From positions 1-36,215 of IMG/VR virus record IMGVR_UViG_2579779009_000001: a DNA stretch of 36,215 nucleotides; one strand, given 5' to 3'. Each line of letters starts with the position of its first letter. Positions within the stretch are counted from its first letter, which is position 1. Below are positions 26,245 through 35,912 of this stretch, piece by piece. The notes beneath the pieces were generated by a model, which was not told the origin of the DNA, did no database searches, and saw nothing but the letters and a program-made list of their open reading frames with translations. Position numbers and translations under genes: made by a program. The stretch comes from a virus. Lineage: Duplodnaviria > Heunggongvirae > Uroviricota > Caudoviricetes.

Positions 26245-27724
26245 CACCATTCCGTCGAATACGCTGGTTCCGTTGTTTTATGCGGAAATGGATAACTCGG
26301 CGGCGAATACTGCACAGGACAGCGGAGCATCGCTGCTGATTGGTCATGCCAATAACGGTGCAGAGATTGTTGCCAACAGTCTGGTACTGATGCCGTCGGC
26401 AGACTATGCACGCCAGATTTGTGGTGCGGGAAGTCAGCTGGCGCGTATGGTCGAGGCTTATCGCCAGACCGACCCGTTTGGTGAGCTGTATGTGATTGCC
26501 GTTCCTGAATCCACAGGCGCGGCGGCAACGGTTACGCTGACGGTGACCGGGGCGGCAACCGAAACCGGCACGGTGAATGTCTATGTGGGACGTACCCGCG
26601 TGCAGGCTCCGGTGACCAACGGCGATAACGTCACGACGATTGCCAGCAGTATCAAAGATGCCATCAATGCCGTTCCGGCCCTGCCGTTTACGGCTTCATC
26701 TTCGGCAGGCGTGGTCACACTGACCGCGCGTCATAAGGGGCTTTGCGGGAATGAAATTCCTGTCAGCCTCAATTACTACGGCTTTGGTGGGGGCGAAGTG
26801 CTGCCAGCGGGCGTACAGATTGCCGTGGCGACGGGTACCGCCGGAACGGGTGCTCCGGTTCTCACCGGCGCGGTGGCTGCAATGGCGGATGAGCCGTTTG
26901 ATTATATCGGCCTGCCGTTCAACGACACGGCCTCCGTTAACACGCTGGTGACCGAGATGAACGATACCAGCGGTCGCTGGAGCTATGCGCGTCAGCTGTA
27001 TGGTCATGTGTATACGGCAAAGATCGGCACGCTGTCAGAACTGGTGACCGCAGGTGACCAGTTTAACCAGCAGCACATTACCCTGGCGGGGTACGAAAAA
27101 GAGACCCAGACGCCTGCCGACGAACTGGCGGCAAGCCGTACCGCCCGCGCTGCGGTGTTTATTCGCAACGATCCGGCACGTCCCACGCAGACCGGTGAGC
27201 TGGTGGGTATGCTGCCTGCGCCGAAGGGGAAACGGTTCACGATGACCGAACAACAGACCCTGCTGTCTCATGGCGTGGCAACGGCGTATGTCGAAAGCGG
27301 GGTACTGCGCATTCAGCGTGATGTCACCACGTACAGGAAAAACGCTTACGGGGTTGCGGATAACAGCTACCTAGACAGTGAGACTCTGCATACCAGCGCG
27401 TATGTACTGCGCAAACTGAAATCCGTCATTACCAGTAAGTACGGGCGTCACAAGCTTGCCAGTGACGGTACCCGCTTTGGTCCCGGTCAGGCGATTGTCA
27501 CCCCGGCGGTGATCAAAGGGGAACTGCTGGCAACCTACCGTCAGCTTGAGCGTGCGGGGATCGTGGAAAACTACGCACTGTTTAAGCAGTACCTAGTTGT
27601 GGAGCGTGATGCCAGCGATCCGAACCGCCTGAACACGCTGTTCCCGCCTGACTATGTTAACCAGTTGCGTGTCTTTGCCGTGGTTAACCAGTTCCGTCTT
27701 CAGTATTCAGAGGAGTCCGCATAA
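26228..27724 (+). CDS. Contractile tail sheath protein (Mu gpL-like)
   Basis: 498-aa protein (MTISFNTIPSNTLVPLFYAEMDNS...) followed by tube and chaperone genes. Confidence 0.85.
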   Translation: MTISFNTIPSNTLVPLFYAEMDNSAANTAQDSGASLLIGHANNGAEIVANSLVLMPSADYARQICGAGSQLARMVEAYRQTDPFGELYVIAVPESTGAAATVTLTVTGAATETGTVNVYVGRTRVQAPVTNGDNVTTIASSIKDAINAVPALPFTASSSAGVVTLTARHKGLCGNEIPVSLNYYGFGGGEVLPAGVQIAVATGTAGTGAPVLTGAVAAMADEPFDYIGLPFNDTASVNTLVTEMNDTSGRWSYARQLYGHVYTAKIGTLSELVTAGDQFNQQHITLAGYEKETQTPADELAASRTARAAVFIRNDPARPTQTGELVGMLPAPKGKRFTMTEQQTLLSHGVATAYVESGVLRIQRDVTTYRKNAYGVADNSYLDSETLHTSAYVLRKLKSVITSKYGRHKLASDGTRFGPGQAIVTPAVIKGELLATYRQLERAGIVENYALFKQYLVVERDASDPNRLNTLFPPDYVNQLRVFAVVNQFRLQYSEESA

Positions 27725-28080
27725 TGGCCCGTATCGGGGGAACCTGTTATTTCAAAATTGACGGTCAGCAGCTATCGCTGACCGGCGGCATTGAGGTGCC
27801 CATGAACAGGACGGTCAATGATGACATCATCGGCCTGGACGGTTCAGTGGACCGCAAGGAAACTCACCGTGCGCCTTATGTCAAAGGGACCTTCAAGGTG
27901 CCGAAGAATTTTCCGGTGAGCAAAATCACCTCGTCTGATGAGATGACCATCACTGCCGAGCTGGCGAACGGTCAGGTCTATGTACTGTCGTCTGCCTGGC
28001 TGCACGGCGAAGCGAACCATAATGCCGAAGAAGGCACGGTCGATCTTGAGTTCCACGGTGAAGAAGGGGATTACCAGTAA
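27724..28080 (+). CDS. Tail tube protein (Mu gpM-like)
   Basis: 118 aa, immediately after sheath. Confidence 0.8.
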   Translation: MARIGGTCYFKIDGQQLSLTGGIEVPMNRTVNDDIIGLDGSVDRKETHRAPYVKGTFKVPKNFPVSKITSSDEMTITAELANGQVYVLSSAWLHGEANHNAEEGTVDLEFHGEEGDYQ

Positions 28081-28349
28081 TGAAAGAGCTTGAGTTAAAG
28101 AAACCGATTACCGCTCATGGCGAGACACTCTCCGTACTGGAGTTTGATGAGCCCACCGGGAAAGATGTCCGCGAGCTGGGGTATCCCTACCAGATGAATC
28201 AGGATGAGTCCGTCAGACTTCTGGCGCATGTGGTGTCGAAATACATTGTGCGGCTGGCGAAAGTGCCGCAAAGCTCTGTCGACCAGATGTCTCCGGCAGA
28301 CCTGAATGCAGCGGCGTGGCTTGTGGCTGGTTTTTTCCTCCAGGCCTGA
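28080..28349 (+). CDS. Tail assembly chaperone (0-frame product)
   Basis: Between tube and tape-measure genes; overlaps a -1-frame ORF at a slippery site. Confidence 0.7.
   Translation: MKELELKKPITAHGETLSVLEFDEPTGKDVRELGYPYQMNQDESVRLLAHVVSKYIVRLAKVPQSSVDQMSPADLNAAAWLVAGFFLQA
28331..28337 (+). other. Candidate -1 programmed ribosomal frameshift site (T TTT TTC) joining 28080..28349 to the -1-frame ORF ending at 28498
   Basis: Heptamer in X XXY YYZ register in the chaperone 0 frame; the -1 frame stays open 160 nt to 28498 and overlaps the tape-measure start. Confidence 0.6.
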
Positions 28350-28490
28350 CGGCTGAATACCTCACTGATCGCTTCTTTGACTGCGCCAGCTACTGGCGCA
28401 TTAATCCCTTCGAATTGCTGAATATGCCGATCAGTGAAATTCCCTTGCTGGTCAGTCAGGCAAACAGGATAGAGCAGGAGAAACGCACAC

Positions 28491-30323
28491 ATGGCTGAAT
28501 TTGAGCTTAAGGCGTTGATCACCGGTGTCGACAGGCTTTCTCCCGCGCTGTCGAAAATGCAAAAGAAAATCCGGGGATTTAAACGCCAGGCGGAAGAAGC
28601 GTCACAGGGTGGGCTGGCGCTTGGTGGAGGACTGGCAGCGGGGCTGACGCTTTCCCTGAAATCTTATGCCGATCAGGAAAACGCCGCTACCGGGCTGAAA
28701 GTCGCCATGATGGATGCGAACGGCGAGGTTGGAAAGAGCTTTCAGGACATCAATAAACTGGCTATTGGCCTGGGTAACCAGCTACCCGGTACAACGGCTG
28801 ATTTCCAGAACATGATGCAGATGCTGGTGCGTCAGGGGATCCCGGCAGAAAACATTCTGGGTGGTGTGGGTAAAGCGACAGCTTATCTTGCGGTACAACT
28901 GAAAAAAACACCGGAAGCGGCTGCTGAGTTTGCTGCAAAGATGCAGGATGCTACCGGAACGGCGTCAGAAGACATGATGGGGCTGTTCGACACTATCCAG
29001 AAGGCGTTTTATCTGGGCGTTGACGATACCAACATGTTGTCCTTCTTCACTAAAACCAGTTCTGTTCTGAAGATGGTGAACAAGGACGGTCTTCAGGCTG
29101 CACAGAGCCTTGCCCCCATCAGCGTCATGATGGATCAGATGGGGATGAACGGGGAGTCGGCAGGTAATGCCCTGCGAAAAGTTATCCAGTCCGGATTAAG
29201 TGTTAAGAAAATCAGGGACGTCAATAAAGTCATGGCCCGCCAGAAACTCGGGGTACAGCTCGATTTTACTGACGGCAAAGGAAGTTTTGGCGGTCTTGAT
29301 AACATGTTCAGGCAACTGGCAAAGTTGCGAAAACTGACCGACGTTAAGCGAACAGGCGTACTTAAGGCAATATTTGGTGATGATGCCGAAACCCTTCAGG
29401 TGGTCAATGCCCTGATCGATAAAGGAAAGGATGGCTACGATCAGATCCAGCAGAAGATGAATAAACAGGCCAGCCTGAATAAACGTGTTCAGGCTCAGCT
29501 TGGTACGCTGTCCAACCTGTGGGAGGCAATGACGGGGACCGCAACTAACGGTCTTGCAGCTATTGGCGGCGCATTTTCTGGTGACGCTAAAAATATCACG
29601 CAATGGCTGGGGGAGTTGGGGGAAAAATTCACGAAGTTTGCGGATGAAAATCCCCGGGTTATTCGCGGCGTCGTCGGGCTTGCTGCCGGTCTTGCGATTC
29701 TGAAACTGGGATTGATGGGCGTTGGCGGTGCCATCAGTATTGTCAGCAGGATCATGTCGATGACGCCGATTGGCATGATTGCGACGGCGATAGCCCTGGC
29801 TGCGGGATTAATTATCACTAACTGGGATGTTGTCGGACCTTATTTTAAGAAACTCTGGGAAACCATTGGTCCTTATTTTGAGGCTGGCTGGGAACTCCTT
29901 AAGAAAGTTTTTGCCTGGTCGCCGCTGGGGATGGTGATCAATAACTGGGGGCCGGTTGTTAAGTGGTTTCAGGATATGTGGGACAAGCTGAAGCCAATTA
30001 TTGAGTGGTTTACCGACAGTTCCGGTGACACGGTCGATGCCATTAACTCTGCGCAGTGGGGCGCGGGTGCTTATGATGCTTATGGGACGGGAATACCGAC
30101 GCGGGGATACACACCTTATCCGGCGGTAGATCCGGCTCAGTCAAACAACGCCTCCGATGCCACAGGCCCGAATCCCTTCATGATTAACAAAGCTATCGCG
30201 CCAAAAGTTGATGGCGAGATCAAGGTTTCATTTATGAATATGCCACCAGGTCTGCGGGTTACGGAAACACGTTCCAGTGGCATTGATATTAATCACGATG
30301 TTGGGTACACCAGATTTAGGTAA
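28491..30323 (+). CDS. Tail tape measure protein
   Basis: 610-aa protein with hydrophobic central segments and Gly/Ala-rich helical repeats. Confidence 0.85.
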   Translation: MAEFELKALITGVDRLSPALSKMQKKIRGFKRQAEEASQGGLALGGGLAAGLTLSLKSYADQENAATGLKVAMMDANGEVGKSFQDINKLAIGLGNQLPGTTADFQNMMQMLVRQGIPAENILGGVGKATAYLAVQLKKTPEAAAEFAAKMQDATGTASEDMMGLFDTIQKAFYLGVDDTNMLSFFTKTSSVLKMVNKDGLQAAQSLAPISVMMDQMGMNGESAGNALRKVIQSGLSVKKIRDVNKVMARQKLGVQLDFTDGKGSFGGLDNMFRQLAKLRKLTDVKRTGVLKAIFGDDAETLQVVNALIDKGKDGYDQIQQKMNKQASLNKRVQAQLGTLSNLWEAMTGTATNGLAAIGGAFSGDAKNITQWLGELGEKFTKFADENPRVIRGVVGLAAGLAILKLGLMGVGGAISIVSRIMSMTPIGMIATAIALAAGLIITNWDVVGPYFKKLWETIGPYFEAGWELLKKVFAWSPLGMVINNWGPVVKWFQDMWDKLKPIIEWFTDSSGDTVDAINSAQWGAGAYDAYGTGIPTRGYTPYPAVDPAQSNNASDATGPNPFMINKAIAPKVDGEIKVSFMNMPPGLRVTETRSSGIDINHDVGYTRFR

Positions 30324-30354
30324 AGACGAACAGGGAGGGTCGCCCCCCCTGAAC

Positions 30355-30801
30355 TTACTGTGCGAACACGCAATTTCGGCCTGATGGGGAGCCGACAATT
30401 CTGGACATTTTTTCGCAAATAACAGTTACTTGTTCTCCTTTTTTAAGAGCAGCAGCTGTTGATTTTTCAGAGTCTTGCATCTCCATTCTTGCTGGCATGA
30501 ATTCATTTTCAGTTCTGAATTTAATAATTATAGAGTCAGTAAAGTCCTTATCAATGGATTGTACGATACCTCTAACGGCGATTAATTTACCTTTTAACTG
30601 TTCATCGGTAGCGACTTCATTTTCTTCATACTCTTTAAACAGCTGTCGAGCAGTAGTGTTGTAGATTTCTTTTTGCGGTGCCGCAGCTTCCGTATCGGAT
30701 GAGTATGAAGAATTAGAGCCTTTATCGTTATTGCCTGCAAAATATCCAATAATCACCAACCCGATGAAAATATATAAAATCCATTTTAATAATTTCTTCA
30801 T
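30355..30801 (-). CDS. Membrane-anchored protein with possible OB-fold-like soluble domain (148 aa); opposite-strand moron within the tail operon
   Basis: N-terminal anchor (MKKLLKWILYIFIGLVIIGYFAG, no lipobox Cys); AT-rich; AAGGTGA RBS and AT-rich upstream region with TATAAA-like element; OB-fold assignment is tentative. Confidence 0.7.
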   Translation of the reverse strand: MKKLLKWILYIFIGLVIIGYFAGNNDKGSNSSYSSDTEAAAPQKEIYNTTARQLFKEYEENEVATDEQLKGKLIAVRGIVQSIDKDFTDSIIIKFRTENEFMPARMEMQDSEKSTAAALKKGEQVTVICEKMSRIVGSPSGRNCVFAQ

Positions 30802-30911
30802 GTTATCACCTTAATGCTAATAATTTATATAGTTACAAATGGTAATGGCTACCACTACAAATTATGGCATTACCAGTAAATATTACTACTGATAATAAAT
30901 ATGGGACTTAT

Positions 30912-32240
30912 ATGACGTGGAAAGACAGGCTTCAGGATGCGTCATTTCGCAGCGTGCCGTTTAAGGTTGAAGAAGAAAGTGCGGGAACCGGTCGCCGTGT
31001 GGAAACACATGAATACCCGAACCGCGACAAGCCCTATACCGAAGATCTGGGAAAAGTCACTTTCCGCCCGTCCATCACAGCTTATGTGGTGGGAGATGAC
31101 TGCTTTGACCAGCGCGATCGCCTGATTGAAGCGCTGAATAAACCCGGTCCCGGCACGCTTGTCCACCCGACATATGGTGAGCTGAAAGTCTGTGTTGACG
31201 GGGAAGTTCGGGTCAGCACATCGAAAAGTGAAGGGCGTATTGTCCGCTTTGACCTGAAGTTTGTCGAAGCAGGAGAACTCTCTTACCCCACATCAGGTGC
31301 GGCGACGGCGCAGACGCTGATGTCATCCTGTTCTGCACTGGATGACTGCATCAGTGACAGCTTCAGCGGTTTCAGTATCGATGGTGTGGCGGATTTCGTG
31401 CAGAACGACGTTATCGGTAATGCCAGCATAATGCTGGGGTATGTTTCTGATGCGATGAAAGTGGTGGATTCTGCCGTATCGGATGCCGCCAGGCTGTTGC
31501 AGGGGGATATCTCGGTACTTCTGCCGCCGCCATCGTCAGGCAAAAATTTCGTTGAGCAGGTGCAGAAAATGTGGCGTACCGGGAAACGCCTTTATGGTAA
31601 CGCCAGCGACCTGGTCACCATGATCAAAACGCTTTCCGGTGTCAGCCTCGGCAGCGATCTGCAACCGCGCGGCGTCTGGAAAACGGACAGTAAAACCACC
31701 GCCACGGCGACGCAGCAGCGTAACGTGGTTGCCAGCACCCTTCGTACGACCGCAATCAGCGAAGCGGCGTATGCCGTCACCCGATTGCCTGCGCCAATAA
31801 CTTCCGCGGTGATGCAGAATTCCGCAGTGGGGCAGGCAACAACACCCGCGCAGAGCACTGGCTGGCCTTCCGTCACGCATCCGGCACTGAACAATGCACC
31901 GGCGGTGAAAAACACGGTTGACCTGCCGACGTGGGAAGAACTGACTGACATTCGCGACACACTGAATACGGCAATTGATAAGGAGTTGTCCCGTACAACC
32001 AGTGATGCGCTGTTTCTGGCGCTGCGCCGGGTGAAAGCAGATCTGAATGCGGATATCAACACGCGCCTTGAACAGTCTGCACGGATCATTCAGCGCACAC
32101 CGGATGAGGTTTTACCCGCGCTGGTGCTGGCGGCGACCTGGTTTGATAACGCGGCGCGTGACGCGGACATTATCCGGCGTAATGCCATTACGCATCCCGG
32201 CTTTGTGCCGGTGATCCCTCTGAAGGTGCCAGTGCAATGA
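30912..32240 (+). CDS. DNA circularization protein (Mu gpN-like); alternative start 30864
   Basis: N-terminus MTWKDRLQDASFRSVPFKVEEES fits the Mu N-like family; position after tape measure. Confidence 0.75.
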   Translation: MTWKDRLQDASFRSVPFKVEEESAGTGRRVETHEYPNRDKPYTEDLGKVTFRPSITAYVVGDDCFDQRDRLIEALNKPGPGTLVHPTYGELKVCVDGEVRVSTSKSEGRIVRFDLKFVEAGELSYPTSGAATAQTLMSSCSALDDCISDSFSGFSIDGVADFVQNDVIGNASIMLGYVSDAMKVVDSAVSDAARLLQGDISVLLPPPSSGKNFVEQVQKMWRTGKRLYGNASDLVTMIKTLSGVSLGSDLQPRGVWKTDSKTTATATQQRNVVASTLRTTAISEAAYAVTRLPAPITSAVMQNSAVGQATTPAQSTGWPSVTHPALNNAPAVKNTVDLPTWEELTDIRDTLNTAIDKELSRTTSDALFLALRRVKADLNADINTRLEQSARIIQRTPDEVLPALVLAATWFDNAARDADIIRRNAITHPGFVPVIPLKVPVQ

Positions 32241-33316
32241 ACGACAATGTCACGCTACGGGTAAATGGCCGGGAGTGGAATGGCTGGACATCGGTGCGCA
32301 TCGGTGCCGGTATTGAACGGCTGGCGCGGGATTTCAGTGTGGAGATCACTCGCCAGTGGCCGGGAGATGAGGGTATCACCACGCTTCAGCCGCGCATTAA
32401 AAACGGTTCAAAAGTGGAAGTGCTGATTGGTGATGAGCTGGTGATTACCGGCTGGGTGGAGGCGACTCCCGTTCGTTACGATGCCCGTTCGGTCAGCACC
32501 GGTATTGCCGGACGTAGTCTGACGGCTGACCTGATTGACTGTGCAGCCGAACCGACACAGTTTAACGGACGCTCGCTGGTGCAGATTGCGCAGGCGCTTG
32601 CTGCGCCTTTCGGCATTGAGGTGGTGAACAGCGGTGCGCCATCGGGTGTTATTCCTGATGTTCAGCCTGATCACGGTGAAACGGTGATTGAGGTAATCAA
32701 CAAAATACTCGGTCAGCAGCAGGCGCTGGCTTACGACGACCCGCACGGCAGGCTGGTGATTGGCGGTATTGGCTCAACGCGGGCACATACCGCGCTGGTA
32801 CTTGGGGAAAACATCCTTTCCTGTGATACGGAGAAGAGTATCCGGGAGCGGTTTTCTGTTTACCAGGTGGCGGGGCAGCGTGCCGGAAACGACGATGATT
32901 TCGGTGAGGCCACCACCACCGCGCTGCGGGCCCGCACAGAGGACGCATTTATTGCCCGTTACCGTCCGATGTATATCAGGCAGACAGGGCAGGCTACGGG
33001 GGCAGGCTGTATTGCGCGTGCTGACTTTGAAGCCCGGCAACGGGCGGCGCGGACGGATGAAACCACCTATGTGGTGCAGGGCTGGCGACAGGGTAACGGT
33101 ACGCTGTGGCAGCCCAACCAGCGGGTGATTGTCTTCGATCCGGTCTGTGGTTTCGACAATACCGAACTGCTTGTCTCGGAAGTCACGTTTACTCAGGACC
33201 AGAACGGCACCCTGACGGAAATCCGTGTCGGCCCGCCTGATGCTTATCTGCCTGAACCCGAAGATCCCGGCGCGCGGAAAAAGAAAAAAGCCAGAGTACA
33301 GGAGGACCCGTTCTGA
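32237..33316 (+). CDS. Baseplate hub / tail protein (Mu gpP-like, P2 gpD-like)
   Basis: 359-aa protein; coupled to neighbours in Mu-like order. Confidence 0.75.
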   Translation: MNDNVTLRVNGREWNGWTSVRIGAGIERLARDFSVEITRQWPGDEGITTLQPRIKNGSKVEVLIGDELVITGWVEATPVRYDARSVSTGIAGRSLTADLIDCAAEPTQFNGRSLVQIAQALAAPFGIEVVNSGAPSGVIPDVQPDHGETVIEVINKILGQQQALAYDDPHGRLVIGGIGSTRAHTALVLGENILSCDTEKSIRERFSVYQVAGQRAGNDDDFGEATTTALRARTEDAFIARYRPMYIRQTGQATGAGCIARADFEARQRAARTDETTYVVQGWRQGNGTLWQPNQRVIVFDPVCGFDNTELLVSEVTFTQDQNGTLTEIRVGPPDAYLPEPEDPGARKKKKARVQEDPF

Positions 33317-33864
33317 TGAGGACGATTGAAGCCATGCAGCGACAACTTCTCGGCCTGATTGGGCGGGCAGTGGTGAAAAGCATCAGTGCCGCCACGAAAT
33401 GTCAGACCGTGGATGTGTCCCTGATTGCCGGTGAACCCAAAGCCGGGGTTGAACATCTTGAACCCTACGGTTTTACCGCAAGGGCAAACAGCGGTGCGGA
33501 AGCGGTGGTGTTGTTTCCGGATGGCGACCGTTCTCATGCGGTGGTTGTTACGGTGTCGGACCGGCGCTACCGCCTGAAAGGGCTGCAGACGGGTGAGGTG
33601 GCTGTCTATGACGATCAGGGGCAGTCTGTGACGCTGACCCGGGAGGGGATCGTGGTGGACGGTGCAGGTAAAACGATCACGTTTCGCAATGCGCCCAGAG
33701 CACGTTTTGAAATGGACCTTGAAGTGACCGGACAGGTGAAAGACCTGTGCGACTCCGGCGGCACTACCATGTCAGCGATGCGGCTTGCCTATAACGGGCA
33801 TCGTCACAGAGAGAACGGTCAGGGCAGTAACACCGACAAACCTGATAAAGCGATGGAGGCATGA
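33316..33864 (+). CDS. Baseplate assembly protein V (spike)
   Basis: 182 aa; gpV-like order and size. Confidence 0.7.
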   Translation: MRTIEAMQRQLLGLIGRAVVKSISAATKCQTVDVSLIAGEPKAGVEHLEPYGFTARANSGAEAVVLFPDGDRSHAVVVTVSDRRYRLKGLQTGEVAVYDDQGQSVTLTREGIVVDGAGKTITFRNAPRARFEMDLEVTGQVKDLCDSGGTTMSAMRLAYNGHRHRENGQGSNTDKPDKAMEA

Positions 33865-34289
33865 TGGAACTGTGGCTGACGGTGAACGGTAAACGCACCT
33901 GCGCCAGCGCACCGCTGGATCCGCTGACCCGCGCCGTGGTGATTTCCCTGTTTACCTGGCGGCGGGCGGAGCCTGATGACAACGCCGACGTCCCGATGGG
34001 ATGGTGGGGGGATACCTGGCCTGCGGTACAGAATGACCGTTACGGCTCCCGACTGTGGCTGCTTCAGCGCAGCAAACTGACCAATCAGCTGGTGCAGACG
34101 GTAAGGGGGTATATCCGCGAATGCCTGCAATGGATGATTGATGACGGCGTGGTGTCCCGTATTGATCTGGATATCCGCCGCACCGGGATTAATGAGCTGG
34201 GTAACAGTATCACCCTCTGGCGTCGTGACGGACCGGTAATGATTTCTTTTGATGATCTGTGGAGTGCGATAACGCATGGCGGACAGTGA
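33861..34289 (+). CDS. Baseplate protein (GP46 family)
   Basis: 142 aa; position between gpV-like and Baseplate_J-like genes. Confidence 0.7.
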   Translation: MMELWLTVNGKRTCASAPLDPLTRAVVISLFTWRRAEPDDNADVPMGWWGDTWPAVQNDRYGSRLWLLQRSKLTNQLVQTVRGYIRECLQWMIDDGVVSRIDLDIRRTGINELGNSITLWRRDGPVMISFDDLWSAITHGGQ

Positions 34290-35334
34290 ATTTCAGCGCC
34301 CGACGCTGGCAGAAAATATCAGTATGCTCCGTAACGATTTATTCGCCAGGCTGGACGTCAGCGACACGCTCCGGCGCATGGATGAAGACGTGCGGGCAAA
34401 GGTGTATGCGGCGGCGCTGCATACGGTTTACGGTTACATCGATTATCTGGCAATGAACATGCTGCCTGACCTGTGCGATGAGTCCTGGCTGGCGCGACAT
34501 GCTGCGATGAAACGGTGTCCGCGCAAGGGGGCCACGGCTGCCAGCGGGTATATGCGCTGGGAAGGTGTCAGCGATGGCCTGAAGGTGACCGCCGGGAGCG
34601 TGATTCAGCGCGCTGACCTGGTTCAATACACGGCAACTGCTGATGCAACCAGCTCCGGTGGTGTCCTGCGCGTGCCGATCACTTGCTCAAGTGCAGGCGC
34701 GGTCGGTAACGCTGACGACGGTACGGCATTAATCCTGGTCACGCCGGTGAATGGTCTGCCGTCTTCCGGTGTTGCAGATACCCTGACTGGCGGATTCGAT
34801 ACTGAAGATCTGGAAACGTGGCGCGCCCGCGTCATTGAGCGGTATTACTGGACGCCTCAGGGCGGGGCTGACGGGGACTATGTCGTCTGGGCTAAAGAAG
34901 TGCCCGGCATTACCCGCGCATGGACATACCGTCACTGGATGGGAACGGGAACTGTCGGTGTGATGATTGCCAGCAGTGACCTGATTAATCCCATTCCGGA
35001 AGAATCAACGGAAACGGCGGCAAGACAACATATCGGGCCACTGGCCCCGGTGGCAGGCTCTGATTTGTATGTCTTCAGGCCGGTGGCGCATAAAGTGGAT
35101 TTTCATATCCGCGTGACGCCGGACACACCGGAAATACGGGCTGCCATCACCGCCGAGTTGCGTTCGTTCCTGCTGCGTGATGGTTATCCGCAGGGAGAAC
35201 TGAAGGTGTCGCGTATCAGTGAGGCGATTTCCGGTGCGAACGGGGAATACAGCCATCAGTTGTTTGCACCGGCAGACAATATCTCCATTGCAAAAAATGA
35301 ACTGGCGGTACTGGGGACGATTTCATGGACGTGA
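34276..35334 (+). CDS. Baseplate J-like protein (Mu gp47-like)
   Basis: 352 aa; conserved order. Confidence 0.8.
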   Translation: MADSEFQRPTLAENISMLRNDLFARLDVSDTLRRMDEDVRAKVYAAALHTVYGYIDYLAMNMLPDLCDESWLARHAAMKRCPRKGATAASGYMRWEGVSDGLKVTAGSVIQRADLVQYTATADATSSGGVLRVPITCSSAGAVGNADDGTALILVTPVNGLPSSGVADTLTGGFDTEDLETWRARVIERYYWTPQGGADGDYVVWAKEVPGITRAWTYRHWMGTGTVGVMIASSDLINPIPEESTETAARQHIGPLAPVAGSDLYVFRPVAHKVDFHIRVTPDTPEIRAAITAELRSFLLRDGYPQGELKVSRISEAISGANGEYSHQLFAPADNISIAKNELAVLGTISWT

Positions 35335-35909
35335 CAAACGATGATTACATCCGTCTGTTGTCGGCACTGTTGCCCCCCGGTCCGGCGTGGTCAGCCAGCG
35401 ATCCGGCGATTGCCGGTGCGGCACCGTCATTAACCCGCGTTCATCAGCGTGCGGATGCCCTGATGCGGGAGCTGGATCCGCGCACCACCACCGAACTGAT
35501 AAATCGCTGGGAGCGTCTGTGCGGCCTGCCGGATGAATGTATTCCCGCAGGGACACAGACCCTTCGCCAGCGTCAGCAACGACTGGATGCGAAGGTTAAC
35601 CTGGCGGGCGGCATCAATGAGGATTTTTACCTTGCACAGCTTGCTGCCCTGGGCAGACCAGACGCCACCATCACGCGATACGACAAAAGCACGTTCACCT
35701 GCTCATCGGCCTGTACTGACGCGGTGAATGCGCCGGAATGGCGGTATTACTGGCAGGTCAACATGCCAGCCGCCACCAACACCACCTGGATGACATGTGG
35801 CGATCCCTGTGATTCCGCACTGCGTATCTGGGGCGACACCGTTGTCGAGTGTGTGCTTAACAAACTCTGCCCGTCGCATACCTACGTAATTTTTAAATAT
35901 CCGGAGTAA
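35325..35909 (+). CDS. Tail protein, DUF2313/YmfQ-like (Mu gp48-like)
   Basis: 194 aa; follows Baseplate_J as in Mu-like tails. Confidence 0.7.
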   Translation: MDVTNDDYIRLLSALLPPGPAWSASDPAIAGAAPSLTRVHQRADALMRELDPRTTTELINRWERLCGLPDECIPAGTQTLRQRQQRLDAKVNLAGGINEDFYLAQLAALGRPDATITRYDKSTFTCSSACTDAVNAPEWRYYWQVNMPAATNTTWMTCGDPCDSALRIWGDTVVECVLNKLCPSHTYVIFKYPE

Positions 35910-35912
35910 TCC

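Noticed and set aside
23023-26528. Minus-strand ORFs overlapping capsid and tail genes (e.g. 23023..23484, 23301..23828, 24599..24991, 25451..26041, 26241..26528)
   Set aside because: Antisense to a continuous block of coupled, well-supported plus-strand structural genes; typical GC-rich antisense open frames.
31283-35556. Minus-strand and out-of-frame ORFs within the baseplate genes (e.g. 31592..32089, 32408..32746, 33819..34277, 35703..36101)
   Set aside because: Same reasoning: embedded in high-GC structural genes with Arg/Pro/Cys-rich translations and no RBS.
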